This document shows positions 38,307 to 47,473 of a stretch of 52,659 nt of DNA, in pieces (the first letter of the stretch is position 1; every line of letters starts with the position of its first letter). The DNA comes from an uncultured bacterium (GTDB lineage Bacteria; Electryoneota; B3-LCP), in contig CAZUTK010000011.1 in NCBI GenBank assembly GCA_964623265.1, forward strand, positions 1-52,659, read 5' to 3'. Position numbers and translations under genes: made by a program. The notes below the pieces were generated by a model. It was not told where the DNA came from. It saw only the letters and a list, made by a program, of their open reading frames with translations, and ran no database searches.

Positions 38307-39269
38307 TCACCCTCCGATCGCAGCCATCTCTTGTTGCTCTTCGAACCATGGACGTTTTCGTTTCATAGAAAAAGCGTCGAGAATCGCTTTTCGAATATCA
38401 TCTCGATCCCCTGCGGATCTTCCGGTGAACAAACGCTGCAGGGCGATGTGGCTTCGCTTTGCCAGGCAACCGTATAAACAGCCGTCGGATGTCAGACGGA
38501 GGCGGTTGCATCCCTTGCAGAAAGGATGACTGACAGGCGAGATGAACCCGCAAATCGTAGTCCCGTCTTTCGGACTGCTCATCAGGAAATTCCTGCTGGT
38601 CTCACCGATTTGGGAATCCAACGGTTCTAGTCTGAAGTGCTCGCGTAGAACTTTCTGAGCGTCGTTGCAGCTTAAGAACAGATCATCGAAGCTCTTAGCG
38701 GCGGCGCCGATCGGCATCAACTCCAGAAATCGTATCTGGCATCCATTTCTGATCGCAAATTCCGCCAGATCAACGATCTCGGAATCATTCACCCCTTTAA
38801 GCATCACCATATTCAGTTTCAACGGCGTCAAGCCGCTCTTTTCCGCCTTCTCGATTCCATCGAGGGTCCATTGAAGCTCCCCACCCCGCGTAATGTAACG
38901 AAACGTAGCAGGATCGAGCGAATCGAGACTGACATTGATGCGCTGGAGACCGGCATCCTTCAGGTCATCGGCAAGCCGCGCTAATCGCTGACCGTTGGTC
39001 GTGAGCGCCAGATCCCGGATCCCAATCTGGGCGCAGCCGGCAATCAAACGGATGAGGTCTGGGTAAAGCAGCGGTTCGCCGCCGGTGATCCGGAGTTTAG
39101 AAATACCGACCAAGGATGTTATTTCAGTGATGAAATTTAGGAAATCCTTGCAACTCAACCGCCCGGTTCTTGATGGGTGGAGTTTCGTATGGGATGTCCG
39201 GCAATAGCGGCAGCGAAGCTGGCAGGCGTCGGTTATCGAAAGCCTGAGGGAGACGTCACGCGGCTTCAT
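38307..39269 (-). CDS. moaA: GTP 3',8-cyclase MoaA (radical SAM).
   Basis: LRLSITDACQLRCRYC radical-SAM CxxxCxxC and a C-terminal auxiliary-cluster cysteine triad. Confidence 0.9.
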   Translation of the reverse strand: MKPRDVSLRLSITDACQLRCRYCRTSHTKLHPSRTGRLSCKDFLNFITEITSLVGISKLRITGGEPLLYPDLIRLIAGCAQIGIRDLALTTNGQRLARLADDLKDAGLQRINVSLDSLDPATFRYITRGGELQWTLDGIEKAEKSGLTPLKLNMVMLKGVNDSEIVDLAEFAIRNGCQIRFLELMPIGAAAKSFDDLFLSCNDAQKVLREHFRLEPLDSQIGETSRNFLMSSPKDGTTICGFISPVSHPFCKGCNRLRLTSDGCLYGCLAKRSHIALQRLFTGRSAGDRDDIRKAILDAFSMKRKRPWFEEQQEMAAIGG

Positions 39270-39516
39270 TCAGTTTGCTCGTCATCAGCAACAGATCGGA
39301 TCGGCTGTTCAAGAAAACTGCGGTCTGCTTTCTCTTCGGGCTTATGATGGGATGGCCGCTTGCCACGGCTTGAGGAAGATGATCGGTGGGAAAATCCATT
39401 GCCTGCAAGCGCGGCACCGGATTTTCGATGATCTGCAGCATCATCAGCAGTCTCCTTTCCAAATGGGGAGGTCGCGTCGTTTCCAACTGCGGCCCTCGGA
39501 GGCGGGAGTAAGTCAC

Positions 39517-39669
39517 TCCCCCTCGCCGCCCGAACCGCCGTGGCGCATTTCGAACGCTTTAGGCGATGGGGGTCGGAGTCTTTCGCCATACTGATCCGGT
39601 TACGGATCAGCCATAATTGTCATTTATTGAATTCTACTTCGGTATTTCCGCCGAAGTTCGCCTCCGGTT
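39517..39669 (-). promoter_or_regulatory. Structured 5' leader of the moa operon, part of a 400-nt gap between torD and moaA. It is a candidate Moco riboswitch or attenuator.
   Basis: Several stable hairpins, including a perfect ctgatccg/cggatcag stem at 39591..39610 and gggagt/actccc. An anti-SD-like CCUCCGAGG stretch lies upstream of GGAAAGGAG-N7-AUG of an 86-codon uORF that overlaps the moaA start. Confidence 0.3.
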
Positions 39670-40293
39670 TCAACATTCATTATCACCCGGCAGATCGGCT
39701 TCGGGGATCGTCTGCTCTTCCAGGAGGATGCGGGCGATATCAATCACAGATTGATAGAAATCGGAGGGATGCAGCTTCTCCAGCTGAGTCAAGAACTCTT
39801 CAAACCAAGGGGTGACATATCGCTTGAGAAAAATCTGTTGCAGCGACTCCAGTTCTTCGATGCGCGATTTGTCGCCGCTGCAACCTGCTGAAAATTCCTC
39901 CTCCAGAATTTTAGCGTTGAATTCGAGGAGAACACCGATATGATCGGGGATTTGTCCCGGCGGGGTCGTCTCCACGCCGAAGTGAGTCAAAAATTTCTTG
40001 ATTTCGGCGGCTTTGGAACCGAACAATTCACCGTAATGCCGATCATCACGACGATGCAGCGAACTATACTGTGGAACAGCCGAGAAGAGCCGGGTGTATT
40101 CCTCAGCCAGTCGTTCGCAATAATCATACAGCTGATCCGGCGGGAATTTTCTGATTTTTCCGGTGATTGACGGGAACGAGAAGAACCCCGCCTCCTTCAG
40201 CATATGGATCAGCTCCGGCGTCGGCGGCTGAAGAAAGAGCCTTCCTATTAATCGGAATAACACCGCTCGAGCGCGGATATCTTCTGAATCCAC
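39670..40293 (-). CDS. TorD/DmsD-family redox-enzyme maturation chaperone.
   Basis: All-helical 207-aa protein with TorD-family features, immediately downstream of the molybdoenzyme genes. Confidence 0.7.
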   Translation of the reverse strand: MDSEDIRARAVLFRLIGRLFLQPPTPELIHMLKEAGFFSFPSITGKIRKFPPDQLYDYCERLAEEYTRLFSAVPQYSSLHRRDDRHYGELFGSKAAEIKKFLTHFGVETTPPGQIPDHIGVLLEFNAKILEEEFSAGCSGDKSRIEELESLQQIFLKRYVTPWFEEFLTQLEKLHPSDFYQSVIDIARILLEEQTIPEADLPGDNEC

Positions 40294-40334
40294 GGCGAAA
40301 TCCTAAGCGAAAAGCGACACCCCGCCCCACAAGA

Positions 40335-42878
40335 TCAGGCCGGCTCTATCGTGACAACGGTATCCATCCAGCGCTGCATTCCGCCGATGGGATCGCCGCG
40401 GTTGGGGATCAACCAATTCGGGTGCACACCGATTTCGTTCCACCAGATGCGATGGATATCCGGATCCAACGCTTCCTGCTCGCTTCCCGCCAGCGGGTTG
40501 CGAGCTTTCCCTGCGGTGGCGAATCTGCCCCATTGCCAATGCCCGCAATGATGACTGATGGAGATGACCCCGGGCAACACACCTTCGGTTACCCGAACTT
40601 TGGTCACGATTTCGTTCACCGCCGAACGGATTCGAATTTTGTCGCCGTCCTTCACCCCCGCCTGCGCCGCCGTGCGTGGGTGCAGCAGCGCCGGGTTGTT
40701 GTGATAGATCTCAGTCAAATATTTGCAGCCCTGAGTCCGGGATTGAGTCTGGGCATTCACTTTGTAGGTGGTGAGCACCAGCTCCCCGGGTTGCATTTGT
40801 TGATGGTCCGGGATCGGGACATAGGAAGGGATCGCGGTGAAACCGGGCAATTTCAGTCGTCCGATGAAATCGGACTTGATTTCGAACAGCCCGCTTTTAG
40901 CGACTTTATCGGGCTTGAACCCTACGTAGTATTCACCCTTCACCTCCTGACAGACGTACGCCTTGTAATCCTCCCAGGATCCGTTTTCAATTCCGTATTT
41001 CCCCTTCCCTTTTGATGCTTTGGCGGGATCGTACACGGTTCCGAAAGATGTCTTCAACCATTTGCCGGAAGCGAGGTTTGCTTCCACCTCTGCCTTGTCC
41101 AACTTCTTCAGATGTTTGTAGTAATGCGGCTTTTCATTGGGGTCAATCCATACACCGTGCTGCTTCATATACTCAAAGCCGCCCGCTTCGCGGACGCCTG
41201 GGGTGTTCTCACAGGCATCCCGCACAAAGTCTTCCATCGTGGCGAAAGGCACCGCTGCGGCTAAGTCGCCGCCGATGCGTCGAGCTGCTTCCAACAGCAC
41301 ATCCACAAAGTTGCGCGACTCGCCCAAGGGCGGGACCACCGGTTGGCGGATATAGAACTCTTGGATCATATCGAAAGAGAACATATCTTCCGCGTCCCAG
41401 CGTTCGAGGTAGGTCGCGTCGGGCAAAATCAAATCCGCGAGTTCTGCGGTTTCGGAATATGCCACATCGCTGACGACAATGTAGGGGAATACGGATTCAT
41501 CTTTAAGGATCTCGATGTTTTCCCGGCAATTGCCGTAAACATACACCGGATTGTGGCAATACACCATGTAGATTTCTGGCCGCTCCGCCGCAGGCAAGCC
41601 GCTTACGGTCTTATAGATTTGATGGCAGGTATGATGGGTGGGATAGGCGAAGGCGCCTTCCGGACCGAAAACGCGATGCAGTTTTTTAGGGTGAGCCGTG
41701 GGCGGTTTAAAACTGTTGATCCACTTGGCTCCTACTGCAGGGCAGGTGCCTCCGGGGACGTCAATGTAGCCGCAAATCGCGTCCAGCATCAAGGCCGCGC
41801 GGCTGTTTTCCACGCCGTTGTAATGCGTAACGAGGCCTCGGTAACTGACGCATGTGCCCGGTTTGGCGCGCCCATATTCCAAGGCGATGCGCTGGATCTC
41901 CGACGCCGGAACCCCGGATATGGATTCAGCCCATTTCGGCGTCATCTTCTTCAAATGGGATTTCAGCTCCGCCACGCTGACATTAGTCCAATTTTCGATG
42001 AAATCGGCGTCATGCAGATCGTTCTTCAATATAACGTGGCACATCGCCAGGATCACCGCCGCGTCCGTTCCGGGTTTGATGGGAAACCATTCGGTGGATT
42101 TGGCAGCGGTGTTGGACAGGCGTACGTCAAATGTAACGATCTTCACCCCGCGCTGAACCTGTGCCTCTCGAGCCCGCTGCGACAGGGGGATGTGGGAGGT
42201 GTGCGCTTCGAAGAAATTGCTGCCGAAATTCAGTATATAATTGGTGCGCGCCACATCGTTGACGTCATAATGTTTGCCCCAGGTGAGTTCTTGCGACGTC
42301 CATTTGGCGCTCTCGCAGACGGCGGTGTGACCGTCCACGGTGCCCGTGCCGTAAGCGGGCAGAAAGTAGTCCTTGATCACCGTCGCGGTGGAGGCTTTCA
42401 TTCGCCCGTAATGGAACATAAGTTTTTCAGGTTCGCCACGATCCCGAAGCGCTTTTAACCGGCTCACCAATTCATCCATCGCTTCGTCCCAACCGATGCG
42501 CCGCCATCGTCCCTCCCCGCGCTTGCCCACCCGCTTCATCGGAAACAAGATTCGGTCGGGATTATAGACCTGACCGACCCCGCCCTGTCCGCGCGCGCAT
42601 AATTTGCCGTTGGTGCGGGGCAAGTCCGGATGGCCCTCCAGATGCACCACGCGATCGTCTTCCACATAAGCCATAATGCCGTCGCGCACCACACACTGCC
42701 AGCACGCGGATGGAACCTTGCGCCGCTCACGCCGCGTCAGAGGTGAAAAATCCAGCCCCCCTGCGAGAGTCAATTCGCCTTTCAGGGGAGAATCCATCGC
42801 TTTTAAGACACCCGCCAAGGGACCGATGGCTGCCGCCAAACCGAGGGATTTCAGGAATCTTCTGCGTTCATCTGTCAT
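40335..42878 (-). CDS. Tat-exported molybdopterin oxidoreductase catalytic subunit of the DMSO-reductase superfamily (Psr/Phs/Arr/Ttr-like clade).
   Basis: Twin-arginine signal MTDERRRFLKSLGLAAAIGPLAGVLKA; N-terminal FeS-cluster motif CWQC..(31)..C; molybdopterin-binding domains; candidate Mo-ligand Cys in HTAVCESAKW; 847 aa. Confidence 0.85.
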   Translation of the reverse strand: MTDERRRFLKSLGLAAAIGPLAGVLKAMDSPLKGELTLAGGLDFSPLTRRERRKVPSACWQCVVRDGIMAYVEDDRVVHLEGHPDLPRTNGKLCARGQGGVGQVYNPDRILFPMKRVGKRGEGRWRRIGWDEAMDELVSRLKALRDRGEPEKLMFHYGRMKASTATVIKDYFLPAYGTGTVDGHTAVCESAKWTSQELTWGKHYDVNDVARTNYILNFGSNFFEAHTSHIPLSQRAREAQVQRGVKIVTFDVRLSNTAAKSTEWFPIKPGTDAAVILAMCHVILKNDLHDADFIENWTNVSVAELKSHLKKMTPKWAESISGVPASEIQRIALEYGRAKPGTCVSYRGLVTHYNGVENSRAALMLDAICGYIDVPGGTCPAVGAKWINSFKPPTAHPKKLHRVFGPEGAFAYPTHHTCHQIYKTVSGLPAAERPEIYMVYCHNPVYVYGNCRENIEILKDESVFPYIVVSDVAYSETAELADLILPDATYLERWDAEDMFSFDMIQEFYIRQPVVPPLGESRNFVDVLLEAARRIGGDLAAAVPFATMEDFVRDACENTPGVREAGGFEYMKQHGVWIDPNEKPHYYKHLKKLDKAEVEANLASGKWLKTSFGTVYDPAKASKGKGKYGIENGSWEDYKAYVCQEVKGEYYVGFKPDKVAKSGLFEIKSDFIGRLKLPGFTAIPSYVPIPDHQQMQPGELVLTTYKVNAQTQSRTQGCKYLTEIYHNNPALLHPRTAAQAGVKDGDKIRIRSAVNEIVTKVRVTEGVLPGVISISHHCGHWQWGRFATAGKARNPLAGSEQEALDPDIHRIWWNEIGVHPNWLIPNRGDPIGGMQRWMDTVVTIEPA

Positions 42879-43669
42879 CGGGTGTCCCTCCCGTTTTGAT
42901 AGGCTTCAGGATTGAGAGCGACGTAATAACAGGCAGGTTCGGTTCCTTTCTCAGGACGGAGAACCTGCACAGATTTGCCGGCGATGCGGCGCGATATCCC
43001 GCTGTCGGGATCGTTCAGGTCGCCGACCAGACGGGCATTGCCCTGACATGTGTTCACACACGCAGGCACCAGCCCTTTCTCCAACCGGTGTTCGCATAAA
43101 GTGCATTTCTCGGCGACCGGGTCTCCCTCGGAGTTCAGCCGCGCAGGATTGATGAACCTCACCTTGTAGGGACATAGATCCACACAAGCGCCGCACCCGA
43201 TGCAGCGATCCTGGTCAATCAGCACCACACCGTCGGGTCTTTGATAGGTTGCCCGTTTTAGGTAGGTCTGAGTGGAACCGTCAGGCCAAGTGAATACCGC
43301 CTCCACCTCGTCCACCGGACATTCCGTGATGCAGATCGGCTTGCGGCAGTGATTGCAGAGCCAGGGGGCGAAGTCCCTTTTCACACGGGGATACGAACCG
43401 GACTCGAACTCCTTGACGCTGGAGCGGAACCTGCCCAGCGGCACGTCGAATTCCGTTTTACAAGCCACCGAACAGGCTTTGCAGCCGATGCAGCGCTCGA
43501 GGTCAACGAGAAACCCCCAGCGTGGCTTGCTGTTGGCTGACTGTGCCAGCAGAGCGCCGCCCGGCATCACCGGCAGTTGCGATGCAGCCAGCGCCGCCGC
43601 GCTCGCGCCTAAGCCGAGCGACAAGAATCGGCGTCTTGAATCTGAAGTTGACGACATCCTCATCTCCAA
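42875..43669 (-). CDS. Four-cluster [4Fe-4S] ferredoxin subunit of the molybdoenzyme, itself carrying a twin-arginine signal.
   Basis: SRRRFLSLGLGASAAALAA; four Cys clusters (CIGCKACSVAC, CNHCRKPICITECP, CIGCGACVDLCP, CTLCEHR..CVNTC); ATGA overlap with the catalytic subunit gene. Confidence 0.85.
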   Translation of the reverse strand: MEMRMSSTSDSRRRFLSLGLGASAAALAASQLPVMPGGALLAQSANSKPRWGFLVDLERCIGCKACSVACKTEFDVPLGRFRSSVKEFESGSYPRVKRDFAPWLCNHCRKPICITECPVDEVEAVFTWPDGSTQTYLKRATYQRPDGVVLIDQDRCIGCGACVDLCPYKVRFINPARLNSEGDPVAEKCTLCEHRLEKGLVPACVNTCQGNARLVGDLNDPDSGISRRIAGKSVQVLRPEKGTEPACYYVALNPEAYQNGRDTR

Positions 43670-44147
43670 CTGAAGCGAGTTTGATTGTTCGTTCCAGGAA
43701 TAAAGCGATTCAGTCGCTGAAATTCCACTCCTAATACTCTATTTAGTCGAACCCTAAAGTTGCGGCGTCCTCTTGTGAGCGCGGCTTCGCCGTGACGACC
43801 GCCTGTTAGAAATGTTGAAAATGTAACATTAGGATTAGGCGATAGCAAATGTTTTTTTCCAAAAATCCAACGCATTCTGAAGTTTTTGTGTTCGCCGCAA
43901 AGGATGAGCTGGGAGGGATGCGATCTCAATTCAAAGTTCGGCGATTCGACCGCTGCCGATAGAAGGATCAATTTGCAGAAAGCAAGATGCGGAACGATAG
44001 GGTTGTTTCGCAATTCTCTCTGCTTCGCTGCTCTGCATTCCATCTCTGTTTCTGTTATCAAGAAAGCCCTGCGGAAATATGAAGGGCTTTCAACAAACTC
44101 AAGGAAATTTTAGGCATCGGTGCCGAAAGTTGCGTTCCAGAAGGATA

Positions 44148-44711
44148 TCATAGCAGCATGCCATAGACCTGATCCCATGACTTGAGCAGTTCCTGATATG
44201 CCTGTTTGAGCGCAACCTGATCTTCGGCGTTCGCCGCACTGTTGAAATCATCCAGCGATTTTGAAAACGCTTCAAGCCGCTCGCGCTTGTCATCCTCGCT
44301 CCCGGTTCCGCCCACGATGTTCGAAACCGCTCGATCCCGCAGACTCAACATCCCCGGCAGAGCGGCTCGGATTTCTCCGAATTGCGCGTTCTGAACCGCA
44401 GCTTCGATTTTCTTGGCAGTCATTCGGATCTGGAACAGGAGGTCGCTGGTGCGATAGACGCCGGCGGCTTGATTCAGCCTCACGAATCTGCTGCAGTTCG
44501 CGCCGCAAGCCATCACCGCCGGCATCGGGTCTCCAGCTTGGATGAGGCCGAGCATTTTTGTCAATCCGACGCTTATCAACGCAGTCGAATCCTGCCAGTG
44601 GGGATGGTTGCCGTAAGGCGACGATTGAACTGCGGCGGTGATTTCCCGTATCTCATAAGGATTATCATCACCGGATCTCCAATCACCTAAAACTCTGCCG
44701 CATATTTTCAA
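44148..44711 (-). CDS. Hypothetical protein (187 aa), mostly helical, at the distal end of the degraded efflux operon.
   Basis: ORF with a consistent codon bias; no recognisable motifs. Confidence 0.4.
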   Translation of the reverse strand: MKICGRVLGDWRSGDDNPYEIREITAAVQSSPYGNHPHWQDSTALISVGLTKMLGLIQAGDPMPAVMACGANCSRFVRLNQAAGVYRTSDLLFQIRMTAKKIEAAVQNAQFGEIRAALPGMLSLRDRAVSNIVGGTGSEDDKRERLEAFSKSLDDFNSAANAEDQVALKQAYQELLKSWDQVYGMLL

Positions 44712-44720
44712 GGACCGGAT

Positions 44721-45375
44721 TCAGGATGCATTCCGCTTGCGAAAGAGAACGACGAAAAGCGCCGGTAAGAAGATCAATGCGACCAGTAGTTCCATAATCA
44801 ATCCTCCGATCGCACCCGCCGCCATCGGTTGCAGTATCTCGCCGCCCTGTTGAAGATTGAGGGCGAGAGGCAATAGACCGACGATCAAAGGTGCGGTGGT
44901 CATCAGAATAGGCCGTATTCGCAGACGGGCTGCTTCGATCACACTTTCGCGGAGATCTGCGTCTTCGCGTGTTATCTTGTCCAGAGCAAAGGTCAAGAGC
45001 TGCACTCCGTCATTGGCGAGCGCGCCGATCACCACCAACAGCCCGATGATCACCGTCGCCCCTTGCAGAAGAGCGCCCGATGGTAAGAAGCAGCTGATCC
45101 TGTCGGACACAATCCCCTTCGCGCACGAGCAAGCCGGCGACTGGGCTTTCGGCAGGCGAAGCGATGCGAGCCAATCGAACGGGCTCCACGGAACCGGTCA
45201 ACTGGATGGATCGGGAAATCGCCGCTTTTTCCGCCAACTGAACGGAAACAACCGGAGCTTTTGATGGTTTGGCACCGGCTGCCGGTTCCTTCTTACCACA
45301 ACCCGCAAAGAGGAACCAGGCAACGAAAGCCCACAGCCAGGGACCGATTAATCTTGAAATTCTAAGAGATGTCAT
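44721..45375 (-). pseudogene. Deletion remnant that fuses the first 100 codons of an RND membrane-fusion protein to the last 110 codons of an RND (AcrB/CzcA-type) inner-membrane pump, in different frames.
   Basis: N-terminal lipobox LFAGCGKK and ..VAGLLVREGDCVRQDQLLLTI (MFP N-terminus), then in another frame ..ATVIIGLLVVIGALANDGVQLL..AARLRIRPILMTTAPLIVGLLPLAL.. (RND TM11-12 and C-terminus). About 4 kb of the expected MFP plus RND sequence is absent. Confidence 0.7.
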
Positions 45376-45403
45376 TGCCTTCCCATGAAATTGACGATTT
45401 CGT

Positions 45404-46813
45404 TTAGCGGCTCAACCCAAGAGCCAGATCCAGCTGCGTAGACGATATCCGGAAGTCGGAGAGCGCCGAAAAGTAGTTGGACTCCGCGTCCAAGAGCGCG
45501 CTTTGCGCATCCAACACCTCCACCATCGTGCCTTTCCCTAATAAAAATTTTTCTTGCTCGATTTGATAGGTTTCCCGAGCCTGCTCGACCGACGCTTCTC
45601 CTGCGGCAAGGCGCGCCTGAGCGGCTCTGTATGCGCTCTATGCCGATTCGACTTCCAACCTGATTTGGAGTCTCAATTTGATCAGGCTCTCGTCTAACTC
45701 CTGCAAGGCGATTTGTTGCTGCTGAATTCGAGAGGAGATTTGTCCCCCTTGAAATAGCGACAGGGTAACGCAAAAACCGCCTTTCGCCAACAGGTCTTTC
45801 TCTTCAGCCCCGGGTTGGATGACGTCAGCCTGCGGCATCCATTTCACCCCGGCTCCAGCGAAGGCGGAAATAGTCGGCAGCCGGATCGCTTTTGCCGAAG
45901 CCAGTTTGCGAGCTTGAGCATCCCGCGATGATTGCAGACTCTGGAAGTCGGCGCGCATCTGACAGACTTGATCCATATCCCAATGCAACTCCCGGTCTGG
46001 GACGGAGGCAGCCAGATCGTCCGTTAGGACGAGGGAATCCGGATCAGCCGAAAGCCCCAATAAATTCAGCAGCAGCAATTTCTGCCGTTTCAATAGATCC
46101 TCTTCGCGGATGATGCGATAATCCAAGTCCGCCAGGCGGACCTGAATCTTCAACATATCCACCTTTGCGGCTTTGCCCGCGGCGAGCAACTCTGCGACAC
46201 TTCTCTGATGCTCGATCAATGAATCTCGGGCGAAACGCACAGATTGCAACCTGCGGTTTTGGCTAAGTATTTCGTAGAATATGGAGGTCACACCGAAGAT
46301 GGTTTCCTGCCGGACTCTTTCCAGGCGAGCTATAGACGACTTCATTTTGAGGGATGCTTGGCTGATATCAGCTGTAATTTTTCCTCCGGTGAACAGCGTC
46401 ATCCCGAAGGTCAGGTCGCCGTTCAGGATCTCTCGTCCGAAGGTGCCGGGTTCATTGGGGACCCCGGCGGGCACCAGGCGTTGACTTTCCGAAAGGCGCG
46501 TGTATCCGGCGCTGAAGCCGATAAACGGCAAGCGTTGACCGATTGCTTCCATCCGCTGGACACGCGCCATCTGGACATTGAGCGCCGACAGCCTAAGATC
46601 AGGATTGCCTTCGACAGCATAGTTCAGGCAGTCTTCCAGTCTCAGGCTGTCCCGCGTTGTCAAGGAGGCGTCCAGTGAATCGAAGCGTACGGATTGACCT
46701 GCGCTCGGATAAATGCAGATCAAAAGCGCGCTTACCAATCCGACGAGGTATCCGAGTTGCGGTGCGTTCGAGTCCATTCGCACCGTCATTCGATTCATCA
46801 AAGACATTGCCAT
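45404..46813 (-). pseudogene. TolC-family outer-membrane protein gene interrupted by an in-frame TAG at 45638..45640. The reading frame continues with a bona fide TolC C-terminus down to the TAA at 45404.
   Basis: ..LQIRLEVESA*SAYRAAQARLAAGEASVEQARETYQIEQEKFLLGKGTMVEVLDAQSALLDAESNYFSALSDFRISSTQLDLALGLSR. Signal peptide from the Met at 46813. Confidence 0.65.
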
Positions 46814-46815
46814 TC

Positions 46816-47061
46816 CTATTGCACCGACGAAGTGAGAATCGTCGTGATCTCCGCCACTTCCGGGACCCGTCCTGACACCTTGACCTGTCCGTTGATCGCT
46901 AGGGCGGGGGTCCTGACGATTCCAAATCGAATGATGTCGTTGGGGGAAGCAATTTTCTCCAATTCGTATTCCAACCCCAATTGCCGGGCTGCAGTTTCGG
47001 TGTTCGCCGCCAGATTCTGGCAATTGCGACATCCGGGTCCAAGGATTTGAAGCTTTACCAT
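46816..47061 (-). CDS. Thioredoxin-fold redox-active disulfide protein (thioredoxin_3 / TM0996-like). The stop codon is TAG.
   Basis: MVKLQILGPGCRNCQ CxxC motif; 81 aa. Confidence 0.7.
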   Translation of the reverse strand: MVKLQILGPGCRNCQNLAANTETAARQLGLEYELEKIASPNDIIRFGIVRTPALAINGQVKVSGRVPEVAEITTILTSSVQ

Positions 47062-47078
47062 TTTTGTTTCCTCTCAAG

Positions 47079-47402
47079 TTAGATGGGATTTCCCAGCAGC
47101 CACTTGACCGCAGTTTCGGCGGTATCGTTCACCGTCGCCGCTTTCATCAAGCGCGAAACCATAATCGCTTCTGCAATTTCGGCATCGGTGGCGCCTGCCT
47201 TGCGCGCCTGTTTCGACCACATCAACGTGCACATAGACGACTGCAGCGCCGCCGCCACACCGATGCCGATCAACAGTTTTTCCTTCAGAGTTAGAGCCTG
47301 CGCCTCCGGGTTTTCCAACACTTCGGCGCGGTGGTTCATATACGTTTTCATCGCCACCGGCGAAAACCGTCCCAACACTTCAATGGGTGTCGCTTCCGAC
47401 AT
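47079..47402 (-). CDS. Carboxymuconolactone decarboxylase / AhpD-like family protein.
   Basis: Short helical CMD-fold protein with ..LKEKLLIGIGVAAALQSSMCTLMWSKQARKAGATDAEIAEAI.. Confidence 0.65.
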   Translation of the reverse strand: MSEATPIEVLGRFSPVAMKTYMNHRAEVLENPEAQALTLKEKLLIGIGVAAALQSSMCTLMWSKQARKAGATDAEIAEAIMVSRLMKAATVNDTAETAVKWLLGNPI

Positions 47403-47473
47403 CGTCTTTTCTCCTTTTGCGTTGAATCTTAGTAACCTCTGTATTTTCCAATTTCACCGCACTGATTCGCCGA

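Noticed and set aside
39256-39589. ORFs 39266..39589 and 39256..39516 on the minus strand in the moaA leader, as ordinary protein genes.
   Set aside because: The sequences are not protein-like and the region is better explained as a structured leader. The 86-codon frame is kept only as a possible coupling uORF.
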